Below, piece after piece: positions 36,789 through 50,448 of a stretch of DNA of 64,000 nucleotides (position 1 is its first letter; each line of letters begins with the position of its first letter). The notes under the pieces are model-generated. The model made no database searches. It worked only from the letters and a program-made list of their open reading frames with translations, and was not told the origin of the DNA. The DNA is from Takakia lepidozioides (lineage: Eukaryota; Plantae; Bryophyta), in NCBI GenBank assembly GCA_030704615.1, contig CM060732.1:7378001-7442000 (forward strand), read 5' to 3'. The translations under genes and the position numbers were made by a program.

Positions 36789-37376
36789 TTTGGCGACCAT
36801 ACTGGGGACCTGGGACATGAACAACCAGATGTGACAGGCATCTGGTGGGATCATGGTGGTTGGACCATTAAAGAATTTGAAGTGAATCAAATTCCCTGTG
36901 GAACGAGGGAAGAAAGATTGTCCAAACAATTCTTTCAAAGGTTCTTGGAATTGCCAGACGGATGTAAAGAAAATATTCTTAAACGAGTGCATGATGCTGA
37001 TCCAGAATGGGGTCTGGAGAAAGGAGTGATAAAGATTTATCAGGTAGCCTGTAGAGGAAGAGCACGTTGGTTACCAACATTAGTTTATGTGATAGCGTTG
37101 CTATCCATTAAACGAGTAGAGTTTGAAGGCTGGGAAGAAAGAAAGGTGAATGTTTATACTCATATGCATGAAGAGCTTGTACTGGTAAAGAATTGGATTC
37201 CAAAGGATATTTTGTGGATCAAACTCACACCAAGAACAGCTTTTCAGACTTGTTTGCCATATGGTTATATGGTAACGGAGACTTCAAGTATAGCCAAGGG
37301 TGCATTGAAGCTTGAAAGAAACCCAGGCATATACGAGAGATATTACAGAAGAGAGTTTTGGTTATTGCCACATTAA
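36681..37376 (+). CDS. Extra 5' ORF of the retrotransposon, unknown function
   Basis: 231-aa open frame. The homolog at 59204-59563 differs largely at synonymous positions. Confidence 0.55.
   Translation: MTDCSARAEYLEISNSSILEFPPRIAKGWVSKSRATFGDHTGDLGHEQPDVTGIWWDHGGWTIKEFEVNQIPCGTREERLSKQFFQRFLELPDGCKENILKRVHDADPEWGLEKGVIKIYQVACRGRARWLPTLVYVIALLSIKRVEFEGWEERKVNVYTHMHEELVLVKNWIPKDILWIKLTPRTAFQTCLPYGYMVTETSSIAKGALKLERNPGIYERYYRREFWLLPH
36789..36810 (+). promoter_or_regulatory. Primer-binding site
   Basis: TTTGGCGACCATACTGGGGACC directly after the LTR. TGG complements tRNA CCA; the tRNA identity (possibly Arg) is not verified. Confidence 0.85.
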
Positions 37377-37397
37377 AAGAAATGAAAGACATGGGAC

Positions 37398-40300
37398 ATG
37401 AGTGATGAAAGAGAAGCTAGACGACAGAGATATTCATCAAAAAGAGAAAGCTATCTGAAAGCTAATTATCCATATCTTTGGGAGAGAGGAATAGACATAG
37501 GGGAATCATCTGGACCTCTCACACCATCAAGATCAAAAAGTGCATCACCTATACCGGAAGAACTAGAGTTGGATGCCACTCCTTCTGTTTCGTTGCAAGA
37601 AAGATTAAGGGAATTGGTACAGGAAGAAGATCAATCACGAGGTGAAAGATCTGAGGTACATCCTTGGATAAAAGACTTGACAGAAATCTTTGATAAGAGT
37701 TGGCATGGAACACCAAAAGCAGGAACTCCAGTTTCTGAAGCAGAAGATGAAGAAGGAGAAGAGGATGTGGCAGAGCCAACAGAGAGTTCAGACTCTCCAA
37801 CACCATTACAGTTGAGTTACATGAGTGAAGAAGAAACCCAAGGGCAGAACTTGGAGGATGAAAACAGAGAGAAGAAATTAGAAGAGGAAGAATATGAAGA
37901 AGTAGACCCAACAGCTGAGGTTGAGACTACAACCAGGACATCCCAACCCGTTGGACCTGGATCAAGTGGAGCACTTGGATCACAGGCCAACGAAGGTGTC
38001 GGCTCAGGGGATCAGGCGGGCTGCCTGGATCTGGCTCTGGGGGACAGGGAGTGTGGGAAGTAGTGCAACTGAAGCTGGGAATACTGTGAATATCGTGGGA
38101 CCAGAAGCAAGGAGTGCTCAAGGGCCACCACTTGGTGGAAGATCCACCACAAAACAACAGGTCCAGAAGGACCAGCACCAGCAAGGGTGCCAGCACCTGT
38201 CAGTGGCAGAAGGTAGGGCCACAGATGGCGTTACAACCAACACGGGCAAAACCACCCTTTCCAATATATTCAGGAAAAGGGGATCCCGATGTACACATTA
38301 GCCAATTTGAGCACATGTGTATAGTGAACAATGAGAATGGCGATGATGCCAAGATGAGACTGTTTCCTTGTTCACTTATCAAGAAAGCAAGTGAATGGTA
38401 TGCAAGATTCCCTGATAATCATTGCCTAACCTGGAATGGCTTGAATACAGCATTTCGAAATAGGTTCAGGACAAGTAAAACTGAGGATGAAGTGTATGGA
38501 AGTTTACAACAGCTGAAGCAGAAGAAGCATGAAACTGTTGAAGAGTATATGGAGAAGATGGAATTGATGATGAAAAAGCTGGCTGCAGTACCAGCGCCCG
38601 GTTTACAGAAGACTTGGTTTGTGAGTGGATTAAGACCAGAGTTGCAAAAGAAAGTGGATATGTTACCCCATAATACAGTGGAGGAGGCATTTGAAACTGC
38701 GAACAAATTGAGCAATTGGGAATGCTCAGGAGAGAAAAAGAAGATGAGGACTCTGAGGATGAGTCAGATGAAGAAGAAGAGCAAGAACTAAAAAGAAAGA
38801 GTAAGAGAAAGGAGAAGTTGAAGAGGGATAACTATGAAAAAAAATTGGAAGAAATCTTGAAGAAGTATGCCACAGAGGCTGCAACACATTGGAGGAAGGG
38901 TGTATGGTGTGCAAAGTGCCAGAATGAAGGCCATACCACCACAGAATGCCACATGAAGGAGAAACACTGTACTATCTGTAAAATGGATAACCATTCTACT
39001 GAGAATTGTTACTACAACAGAAGGACAGCTGCAAGAGAACCTAGGCAAGTAAGGGTGCATCAGGTGCAGCCCCAGCCAAGAAGAAAATAATGATCAGGAC
39101 CACTATGGTAGGTCTGGTGGTTATAACAATGGCATGGAAGGGAGAGGTAATTCAAGAGGGAATTACCAAGGAAATTCCAGAGGCAACTATCAGGGTAATC
39201 CAAGGGGGAATTACCAGCCCGGGAATCAGGATTATAGAAATAATCCAAGAACAACCAAGGGCGAGGACCCAATGGTGAAGAGCTATGTTACTATTGTAAT
39301 CAGCCAGGACATCGCAAGGCAGCCTGTTCATTCTGGATAAGACACCAGAATGAGATGAGAGCTCCTGTGAATGAGGGCCCAGTGGTGGCAGCTCACATGG
39401 TTAGGCCATGTGTTGTACCAGAAGTAAGTACAATGATAGTAACAAGAAGTAAAGCCAAACTAATACCTCCAGTAGAAGAGGAAGAAGATGAGAATGGAAG
39501 TGGCAATGATATGCCTGAAGATGAAGAGACTTGGAAAGATGAGAAGGAACTGCACAAGGAAGTGGCAGATACTATAAGGGAAATGCAAAAGAGTACTGAT
39601 ATTCCTGTGGCAGATTCCTCTGATTCGGATGGAGAAAAAGAAGGGAGTGAGGAAGAAAGGAAAAAAGAAGATGCAACATGCAAAGTAATGAAGAGACTTT
39701 GGCTGCAGTAATATGCAGACCAAAGCAGAAATTACCATTGGACAGCTATTAGCTGTGGCACCTTATTGTAGGCACAGGCTGTATCAGGCAATCAATCGAA
39801 TTGCCCAAGAGACAGGAAACACAGACCTGAACAGCAAGGTGACCAGTTATAATGTGAAGCCGGAAGGGCGAGAACCAGTCATGGACTTTGATGATTCTAT
39901 GCCAGTAATCCAATTGAGAATTGGAAGCACAGAACTAACTGATGTACTGATAGATGGTGGTTCTGGAGTAAATATCATGACAGACCAATTAAGGAAGAAG
40001 CTTGGTCTAAGTAACATGAAACCAGCCCCATTTACAGTAACAATGGCAGATCAAAGAAGTGTACAGCCATTGGGATTAATAAGAGGAGTTAAGATACAGA
40101 TACAGAAAATGATCTTTATGATCACAGTAACTGTATTAAAAATGGATGAAGTCATGGAGGCTTACTCCTTATTATTGGGACGTCCGTGGCTGAAACAGGC
40201 CAGGGTATTCCATGACTGGAATTCTCAGTTACTAACTGTGCATAATGGGATGCACGAGATACAAATTACCACAAAGAAATCTAGTAGATTACCTGCTACA

Positions 40301-43300
40301 AGAAGACCTCGAGGAGTCAGAGAGTATGACTGGAGAGGAGGACTGGATGAGGAGCAGGAAGCTACCCTATTTGCTGCACACCCAGAGTGGGAGCAGGTTG
40401 CGGAGATGCGGCTGGAAAGCCTAAGTTGTTTAAGAGGTATCTGCTGTGGTGTAGTGTCGGCAACACCAATTGAAGAGGAAACCAACTGTTACCCACCACA
40501 TTTCTATGAAGAAAAGGAGGGAGAGATAGAAATCCTAGAAGAACCAGCCACTGTGAGCTTAAAGGATGAAGTGGTGACTGGTTGGACAATCACAGCTGAT
40601 GAGCAGGTGAGAGAAGTAAATGTGGGAACTCAGGAGGAACCGAGAATGGTGAAAGTAGGAGCTGATTTGGAGCCGGAATTCTTCGAAGAAGCTAAAAGCT
40701 TGTTCATCAAATACAGAGATGTATTTGCTTGGAGCTATGAGGATCTAAAAGGGATACCACCTGAAGTCTGTCAGCATAAGATTGAACTGGAACCAGGGTC
40801 AGTACCAATCAAGCAGGCGAGGTATAGAATGAATCCCAACTACGCACAGAAGGTTGGAGAAGAGATAAAGAAGTTGGCTGAGGCTAAGTTTATATACCCA
40901 ATAGAGTATACAACTTGGTTGTCACCCATTGTTATAGTTCCAAAGAAGAATGGCAAACTAAGAGTATGTGTGAACTATAAGAAGCTGAATGCTTGTACGA
41001 AGAAAGATCCTTTCCCTTTGCCATTCACAGAAGCAGTATTAGACACTGTGGCAGGCCATGAGATGTACTCATTCATGGATGGCTTCAGTGGTTATAATCA
41101 AGTGCAAGTGGCAGAAGAAGACCAAGGGAAACAGCTTTCATCACAGACTGGGGGGCTTATGCATACAAAGTCATGCCCTTTGGACTTTGTAATGCACCAG
41201 CGACCTTTCAGAGAGTGATAAGTGAATCTTTTCATGAGTATCTGGATGATTTCATGCAGGTGTTTTTGGATGATTTCAGTGTGTACAGCTCTAAGAATGA
41301 GCACTTGCATAAATTGGAGTTATGCCTGGCCAGATGCAGGATGAGAGGTCTGGGCTTGAATCCAGAGAAGTGTACTTTCTGTGTGACTCAGGGGTGCTTC
41401 TGGGCACATTGTGTGTAAGAAGGGACTTCTTGTGGATCCCAGGAAGACAGAGTCCATTAAAGTCTCTCCACCACCAGTGAATGTTAAGAGTTTAAGGAGA
41501 TTCCTTGGGCAAACCAGTTATTACAGAAGATTGTCAAAAGGTATGCACAAATAGCAGCACCATTGAGCAAGCTTCTGAAGAAAGATGCAGTGTTTGCCTG
41601 GACAGCTGAATGTCAACAGGCGTTTGAGGAACTTACACTGTCAGTAACAACTACACCTGTGCTGATTAACCCTCACTGGCATGTAGTATTTCATGTTCAC
41701 TGCGATGCATCAGGAGAAGCGTTGGGTGCGGTGTTAGCCCAGAATGTTACAGGGAATATAGATTCACCTGTGTACTATGCTAGCCGATTGATGAACAGTG
41801 CTGAGAGGAACTATAGTACAACGGAAAGAGAAGCATTGGCAATGATTTATGCAGTCAAGAAATTCAGGCATTACCTATTGGGAAGAAAGTTTATGTTTTA
41901 TGTGGATCACCAGGCTCTGATATATCTGGTGAACAAACCTTTGATAAGTGGAAGGATAGCGAGGTGGTTAATAATCTTGCATGAGTTTGAGTTCGAGGTT
42001 ATTTACAAGCCTGGCCGTTTGCATCTTGTGGCAGATCATTTGTCACGACTAACAACAGGAGAGGCCGCCACAGGAGTGGACGATCAGTTACCTGATGCGA
42101 GTTTATTTGTAATGGAGGTGCAAGGAAGTGCAGATGAATGGTTAGATTGGCAGTGGCCATCAGATACTACCTTGCTCATGGTCAGTGCCCACCTAGTTAT
42201 GGTAAGGAGCAGAGGAAGAGAATTGCTATCAAAGCTTTACCTTATACTATGGTAGGAAGCAGAATGTATAAGTTAGGACCTGATGGAGTACTAAAACGAT
42301 GCTTGTACCACCATGAAGTAAATAAAGTCTTGGAGGAAGTTCATAAAGGAGTGGCTGGAGGTCATTTTGGAGAAGAGACTACCAGTAGAAAGATACTACT
42401 CGCAGGATACTGGTGGCCTACTTTGTTCAAAGATGTACATGAGTATTGTCAGAAGTGTGATGAATGTCAGAGGCTAGGACCTTTGCAGAGATCTGGAAGA
42501 ATGGCCTTGCATCCTACAATGCCTACGGAACCATTTCAGAAATGGGGACTAGACTTTGTTGGACCAATTAATCCACCATCCAAGAATACACGAAACAGGT
42601 ACATAATTACAGCCACTGATTATACTACAAAGTGGGTGGAAGCTAAAGCTTTGAGGGACAACACAGCCAAGTCCACAGCAAGGTTCCTGTACGAGAACAT
42701 ACTTACACGATTTGGCTGTCCCTTAGAATTTATCAGTGATCAAGGAAGTCACTTCATGAATGAGACCATTGAGTTGTTGACTAAAGAGTTTATGATTGTG
42801 CATAGAAAGAGTACAACATATTACCCGCAGGGTAATGGGCAGGCAGAGGCTACCAACAAAATACTATGTACTATCTTGGCTAAGATAGTCAATGCAAACA
42901 GAACGGATTGGGATACAAAGCTGCTGACAGCTTTATGGTCATACAGGACTTCATATAAAGTCACCACTAAGTATACACCATTCCAATTAGTTTATGGTAT
43001 GGAAGCCTTACTTCCAGTGGAATTCCTGTTACCTACCATGAGAACGGAGTGGGGAAAAAGAATGGAATTGCAAGACTCCATCAAGGTCAGGAAACATGAA
43101 TTATACCATGTGGAAGAAGTACGTACTGATGCAGCTGATAATATGACCAGAATTCAGATGAAGCGAAAGGAACAGTTTGATGAAGGCAAGTTAAAGACTT
43201 TTAAGACGGGGGATTTGGTTCTATGGTTGCAGAAGAAAGGAAAGATTCAAGCTTCTAAGCTTAAATCACCGTGGAAAGGACCTTATGTCATACAAAAGAT

Positions 43301-43373
43301 GTATGATAACAACACCGCTATGTTACAAACCATTAACAAAGAAATGCTGGAAGAGTCAATGCAAATAAGTTGA
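37398..43373 (+). pseudogene. gag-pol polyprotein (gag, zinc knuckles, protease, RT, RNase H, integrase), frameshifted
   Basis: YSGKGDPDVHI...LFPCSL...ASEWY (gag), CAKC..EGH....C, LIDGGSGVN (PR), WLSPIVIVPKK..KLRVC, MPFGLCNAPATFQR, FLDD (RT), CDASG...ERNYSTTEREALA (RH), HGHFG...CQKCDECQ, WGLDFVGP, ISDQGSHF, YPQGNGQAE (IN). Confidence 0.95.
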
Positions 43374-44499
43374 AGGGTTACAGTGGTATCCATGACAAAC
43401 CCCTGCAGCATGATTTGCATATAGAACCGCAAGAACAGTCACGGGCTGCACCAGTGTTACGAACGGAGTATGGAACACTTGTTGCTAGGCCCAGCATATA
43501 CGACCAGGGTGGGCAAACAAACGTGACACAGCCTATCACAGCCCAGCAAGGCGCAACACAGCCAACCACAGCCCATCACGACGTGACACAGCCAACCACA
43601 GCCCATCACGATGTGACACAACCAACCCCGCCATCACAACGTGACACAGCCAACCACAGCCCGTCACGACGTGACACAGCCAACCACAGCCCAGCAACGC
43701 GCAACACAGCCTATAACACATACACAGCGTGTCACACAGCCTATCACAGCTTACCACAGTGCATCACAGCCGCTATCACAGCGAAACACAGTATGACACA
43801 GCCTGTCACAGCTCAACACAGCCTACTAAAGTTACACCATCCATAGAATCAGTGGCAAGTGGACACATAATAACTTCAGGAAAATGGATGACGGAAGAGG
43901 AAACGGAAATTACTTTAAAAATAGACACGTGGAGGTCAGGGTGCGACACACAGCAAAGAATGAAGTGCAAGGACAGGTGTCAAAAAGAAAGAGGAAAAGA
44001 ACGGCCGTCAAATGGGATGAAAGGCGGGCCCATTGATGAATACGGAAAAAGGGAAACGGAACGAACGGCAAGTACAGAAAAGCCGAATTCATGTCGCATG
44101 TGTGATCCTAGTGGACTATCCAACGGGAAAGTCCACTAAAGAAGATAAAAGTTAAAATCCAGTCACAGCAGATACAGCCAATAGAAAACCAGAGAAATGA
44201 TCAAGAAAATGGAGGGAAATTGAGCGCAAGAGGCGGCGTCGTTCTGAGTAACGGGCGTCTCGACAGGACAGGCCATAAATGCTATAACTTGGAAACTATG
44301 GAGGAACTAACAGACTATACGCTCGCAATATTACTTACGCAGTGGCATAGACACGAAACGACAGAGCAGAGCTTTTCTCTTGAGCAATGCTTGCAAGCCC
44401 CGCAGGCTTACAAGAGATTACCCATAGCTTTCTGCGGCAACCATACGTTTCTGCTTTGTGCACTACAGGCATTCCTGCAGTTGTTACAGCCAAAGCAGT

Positions 44500-47400
44500 T
44501 CTGTGAGTCTAAGATGAAGAGAGTGAGAGGAATGGAGGAAATCAGGGTGAAGAGCACCACAATTCTGCAGAAACAAACGATGGCTACCCCACAGGCGATA
44601 AAGATACTGGAGGAGCTGAGATTGGAAGGATTGCAAAGCCTAGATTGGACACTACACCATAGACAGTACATGTTACAATTTTTGCAGAACTTTGAGCCAA
44701 GGACAAGAACAACAACGGTGAAGGGAGTTGAATTAATGATTACTCCCCTATACCTCCAGCAATTGTTTTCAATTGCCAGCAGGTCAGGTGCATGTGGGGG
44801 AACACAGGGCAAGACTGCAAATAGGGGACTTATTCCAAGAAGGGAGTTTCTTTAAAACTCAGGGTTATGCTTGTACCAAAGCTGTGTACCCAGGGTTAAA
44901 AGAGATAGGCCAGGTATTGAACGTTCTGTTTGCCCTGAAACAGAACCAACAATATTTGAGCAGATCCTTCACGGAGGAAATACTCAAAGGCCTGAAGGGA
45001 CAAGAGGTACAATGGGCGGACATAATGTACAACGCACTAGTAGAGGAGATGAAAAGATTACAAGGTACTACCGCAAAGTCTCCTATCATAGTGTCTGGCC
45101 CAATCATTGCTCAAATAATCCTTAATTCTGGCATACTTAATGCACAAGAAAGGAAGGAAATGGGAGTGTTTGAGCCAGAAACAACTGCAATGGAAGAGCA
45201 AGGCTCTTCACACAGTGAGGGTGGACTAGCAGCACAACCGAGACTAAGAGGCAGAGAAGGGGAAAGACTGTAGTGGCGGATCCACTGGCTTCACGGATAC
45301 CGCATGATAATGTTTCCCAAGCTCATGACCAGGAAGGGGCACAGCAGCACAAAAGAATGTTATTACTGGAAGCAGGACCTTCAGAGAGGGAGGAGGAAGT
45401 TACTTCTGCATCACAGCCAACACACCACTTGAACGACTTGTCACAAGTCACGAGTTATCCATGCAGCTCAACCCGAAATAATTGATTTGGAAAGTGAAGG
45501 GATAGATATTCCAACTACAGAACAGATAGTGGCAGAAATAGAGAAAGGGGACCTTCTCTATGAATATTCTGGTCTGGTCAAGGAGACAGAATTCCCAGAG
45601 GTGCAACAGTTGCCCAAAGGAAATCCTGAGGTGCATATAATGCACACACCTGTGTTGGAGGTACCACAGGCGGAAGGTCATGACACTGTAACACCAGTCA
45701 TAGATGAAGTAGTTCAGGAAGAAAATCCGGTGGGACAATGGCCTGAATGGTTAGTGAGACATCATACTGTTGAAGATCGGAGGAACAGCAGCAACCTCAC
45801 CATGATGACCCTCAACAGGCAATGCTGATGAGTTCCATAGGCAGGACACTTAATTTGTTGGGGACTTATGTCAAATCCCATGTTCCAATTACCCAATTGA
45901 CAGCCTTGAAAGAGAACTCAGGAAGGAGTTTGAGGCTCGACTTGCCACTGAGTGTGCAAACAAGGTCGATGAAGAGGTCACTCTCAAGATGAAGCAGGAC
46001 TTGGGCAATACAGAAATGGCTTTGCAGTTGGCCAAGCAACAATTGATTGAGGCAAACCTCGCGCAAGACCAGTTGCACGAAGCACATAAGCAACAGCTAT
46101 ACCAAATGCAGGTGCAGCATGAAAGCAAGTTGCAAGAACTGAATGCACTACATACGGAGTTGCAGACAGTGCATAACAGGATGGCGATACAATGTGCTAT
46201 ATTTACAACTATGCTTGACCAATCACAAAAGAAATAAACAGTTCAAGCGGAAAAATGTACGAAGGCAGAAGAAGAGAATGTTGAGCAAATGAAGCTCATT
46301 GTCGATATGAAGAATACAATCTGTCGCCATGAAGATACTTTCAAGCAATACAGGCAGAGGGAAGCTGATCAAGAGAAACACATCGTGGAGTTGCAACAAA
46401 CCATCGTGGCCAATAGAAATGAAATCGCGGTCAGTAACAAGGCTTCGAAGGAAGCCAATAATCTACTTGCTGCCTATGCGCAATTGGTTGAGCCCAGGCG
46501 AAGCGCATGGAGGCTTTACAACAGCAGTTGGAATGTACAAGCTAAGAGAAGAGCAAACTCTCAGGGGAACCACAAGCACCTTGGTGGATAACAGCCTTAT
46601 GCAGGTCTGGTTAGCACAAGGGCCAGTAGAGGGCAACGCCCACGGAAGCTCACCCAAAGCGAGATGAATGAGCTCAGACTGCAGGTGCAGAACATTGCCA
46701 CACTACTATAGACAATGTCTATAGTAGGATAGCAGAGTTACAAGAGGATGTAGACGGACTCCAGACTCAAGTGGAAACCTCACTTCAAACATCGACCAAA
46801 GAGTCTATATCCCCAGGAACAGCTAATGGCTTCTTATTTGCAAGCCAAAACTCTGGCTTTTCAGTCTTCACAGGAGGTGCAGGAGATGCCAATGATACAG
46901 GAGCCAGTACCACCACCACCACAACAGGTCAGTGTACCAGTAGCTGAACCTGTGGTTACTACAACCACACCACAGCCACCACAGCCGGAGGTATGGGGCA
47001 ATGCCGCTTTTAACCCACCTAAAACTCCAGCTGCAAGGGAGTACAGCAGGGCTATGCTTATGCCCTTCAACCAAATTCCCATCGTGTTGGATTTGGCTTG
47101 GAAAGAATTTAGTCCTCCGCAGTCATTCGCACATTACTACCAAATCATGCGTATTTGGCTGCCAGTGGCAACTAGGACTAAAGTTCTTCCAAACAATCGA
47201 CATATTGAAGATCATCACTTTGCACAATACTGGCACGAGGCAGGTACCATGTTGAGGGAATTGGTTGCTTTCCAGGTTGTACATGGACTCATTTATACCA
47301 AGACCAAGGAGATAGCAAGTATTGTCATGGGGTGCGGGCTATACTACGCTGCTTGTTTTCTGGTACGTTACCACATTGAGCAACAAAAGATGCAAACACG

Positions 47401-47850
47401 CTTTCAAGTTACTCCAGTGGAGATCATTGGGTATTACCTTCGTGCCACCTCATATGTACCTATATGACCCAAAAGTTATGATGCAGAAGGATTCTCAAAT
47501 TTGTTCATGGTTTCAAGCAGCCTGCAACCATTTGTCAACACAGAAATTCGGACTTGATGACATTTTCTATAAGGGACATGTGGCATGGAAGTACTTGCAC
47601 GCTGCACCAGTAATTGGTACCCACTCATCTGGACAGACAAGGAGCTCAGTGCCTACACCAATTTTGCTGTTCAGCGGTTACACCAAGTTGTAAAATACAA
47701 ACTTCCAGACATGGTAGGACAGCATTGTATGCCCCAGATGATCCCACAAAAGTTAGAAAATTAAAACACCTGAGAGGCGATGAGGATTCTGATACAACTG
47801 TTTCTCTCAAAGAATTCTTTTGACATGGGATAAGACTATACAATTCAGAT
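44500..47850 (+). pseudogene. Additional 3' sense ORF(s) of the retrotransposon: plant-transposon-type domain, coiled coil and unknown C-terminal region
   Basis: LQFLQNF...TVKGVELMITPLYLQQLF resembles Athila/Transposase_32-type accessory domains. Q/E/L-rich heptad region at ~45900-46800. Broken by frameshifts. Confidence 0.5.
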
Positions 47851-48074
47851 GGAAGAGAAGAAACAAAGGGGATCTCATATGCCGGAAAGAAAACCTCGAT
47901 ATCAGCCTCCAGAAGGCCTCACTTATCCAGGTAGTGATCAACCATCTCCATCAACCAGAGACAGACCTCGGGCTCGTACACACAGTCCCCACGAAACTCT
48001 CAACGTCAACAAGGTGCTCACTCACAAAGGTTTGCTACTCTCGGAAACAGTAAACCGTGAGGACACGGCTTTTT

Positions 48075-48090
48075 GAGGGGGAAGGGGTAA
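48075..48090 (+). promoter_or_regulatory. Polypurine tract
   Basis: GAGGGGGAAGGGGTAA immediately before the 3' LTR. Confidence 0.9.
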
Positions 48091-49083
48091 TGTTAGAGGA
48101 CTGTAGGGGACTTAGACACTTATACAGATCTGTAGGGTACCCTTAATTTTGCACAGACTGAGACCAACAGGAGCCTTAGGGGTGACAGCAGCGCACTGTA
48201 GAGGGGGGTTACACAGTCAACACAAAGCCCGTCACAGTCGTCACAGCCAACACACACACCACACAGCCACACAGCCACACAGCCCGTCACAGTCATCACA
48301 GCCCACACAGCCAACACATCCGTCACAGCCGACACAGCCCACACAGCCCACACAGTCGTCACACACAGCAGACACGCCCACACAGCCCGTCACAGCAGAC
48401 ACAGCCCCACAGCCAGTCACAGTCAACACAGCCCGACACAGCCAACACAGCCAGTCACCGCTTGACACAGCTGTCACATAATAGGGAACGACTGTGGGGA
48501 ACAACACCTGTGAAGGGAACATGTTAGTTCACAGACGACGGTTAGAGAGGGAAACGGTTAGAACCGCGGATAGGAGGATAAAGGGAGAAACGGGGAATGA
48601 GGAGGATGATTATTCGAGGAGGACTTCGGAGTCAGGCGGGAGCGGAGATCGGAGGCAAGAGATTGAGAGCACGATGAAGGAGAAAAGAGGATTAGTAGAT
48701 GCTTGTTATATGCAAAGCTGTAGTATATTGGAGAGCAGATTAGAGACATAATGGCTTCGGCCTGATACCTGATAAATCATAATCTGATACATATACGATA
48801 CAATCACACTGTGTAGAGAGATCTGAGAGAAGCTGTGGATTGAATGGATGAGTGAAGGAAACCGATAGATTGATGAAGCAAACTGATACTTAATTATCAA
48901 TGCCAAAGGTAGCTAAGATGAATGCGGAAAGGGAAACGCATAGGAAACACCCCCATGATACACTAGCTGTAGGTCATGACTGATTGTTCTGCGCGGGCTG
49001 AGTACTTAGAGATTTCCAACTCTTCTATCTTGGAGTTTCCGCCTCGGATAGCGAAGGGATGGGTGAGTAAAAGCCGCGCGACA
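48091..49083 (+). repeat. 3' LTR (993 bp)
   Basis: TGTTAGAGGA...GCGCGACA followed by TSD TGGCT. Confidence 0.95.
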
Positions 49084-49260
49084 TGGCTGTTTGGCTCTAA
49101 GGATGAGGAGACCTGAGTTTTGGGGGGGGGGGGGGAGTGGGAGTGACTGAGCACCACCAGCACCACAGGCTTAGTCATCCCCCCCCCCCCCCCCCTTTTT
49201 TATTTATTTTTGGTTTCCTGATCTCTCCCTCTCTCTGTCCCTCTCTCTCTCTCTCTCCCT

Positions 49261-49292
<32 letters not shown>

Positions 49293-49356
49293 TGCTGTTC
49301 ACAAAAGTAAACAAACCACAAGGGAGAGAGGGTGTAGAAAAAGTAAAAGATTGTAC

Positions 49357-50090
49357 TCATAAGACGTTGTTTGCCGTAGCCTTGTGGCCATTGACCCCGT
49401 GCCCAATTTGAGCGGAAACAAAAGGGACAAAACCTGCCTCTGTCAGGGGCTGATGTTGGTAGTAAGACTTACCTTCATATATAGATTTAATTTGGGTTTT
49501 CCAGATATCCTCTAGAAATCCCTTCACACAAGCATCACTCTGTTGTGTGTGATTTGCCCAATAACTAGGCCTCAGGAGGGCCTGGGCTTTTGGCTCAGCC
49601 TTGAGACTTTCAAAGTTGGTAAAAAGAGGTACAGGCACAATTCCCTTGATAGATTTGAAGAGAGCGTCTCTTTTGTGAGAGAACCCCGGACAGTGTATCA
49701 GAAAATGAGTACTGTCTTCAGATTGCCCACACAACGGGCAATTGCACTCTCCCTTTCCTCTCTGCTTCTGTTTGTTGTTCAAAGGTAGGCTTCCTACCCT
49801 GAGTTTAAATTTCAGTCTAGTGCTAGGAGTGGGTAGACCCTTGAGGTCATCCAAGATGTCCTCCCCCATGTCACTGACTGGAAACAAGTTCAGGGAAGTT
49901 TTCTGCCTAACTTCATTTTCATCAGACAATCTCATGGCAACAGACATGGCAACAGACATGGCTTTGGACACTACAGCCTCTAAGTCAGATTTATCAACCC
50001 ATATTGCAGATCCGTACTTCAAGGCAGGTCTAATAATGTGACAAAGCATGGTTTTCTTAACCTCAGAGTTGACCCCTCTGCAGAAAAAGT
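49357..50090 (-). mobile_element. LINE ORF2 C-terminal fragment (RT thumb and CCHC finger)
   Basis: IIRPALKYGSAIW, FKLRVGSLPL, CPLCGQSEDSTHFLIHCP. Confidence 0.8.
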
Positions 50091-50448
50091 TAAAAAGAGA
50101 GAGGGAAGATATTCATGTCATGTCAAGACATGGACAAGACCAACTAGGGTCATTTGTCAACTAAAGACATAAACAGCCCATGACAGGGCACCATCTAACA
50201 TTTCCAGTCTTGTCATAACACACCAAGTGACGCCACCCATTCAGTCATGATAAAACAGTGGGGAGGGCGGGTATGTTCATAATCAGATTCATGTCATGTA
50301 CCCAAGTGACCCTCTTGCACAATATAAGTCAGATTGCAGCCTCAGATTATATCATCCATAGTTATCCATAAGATATGCACCGTGCAAGATATCATGGGCA
50401 TATAAGAACTTCTTGCCACATTACAGATCCAAGATATGTATACACAAG

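Larger units (their letters stand above)
35874..49083 (+). mobile_element. Full-length Ty3/Gypsy LTR retrotransposon (non-chromovirus type, extra 5' and 3' ORFs)
   Basis: TG...CA LTRs, TSD TGGCT (35869-35873 and 49084-49088), PBS, PPT, and domain order gag-PR-RT-RH-IN. Confidence 0.97.
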
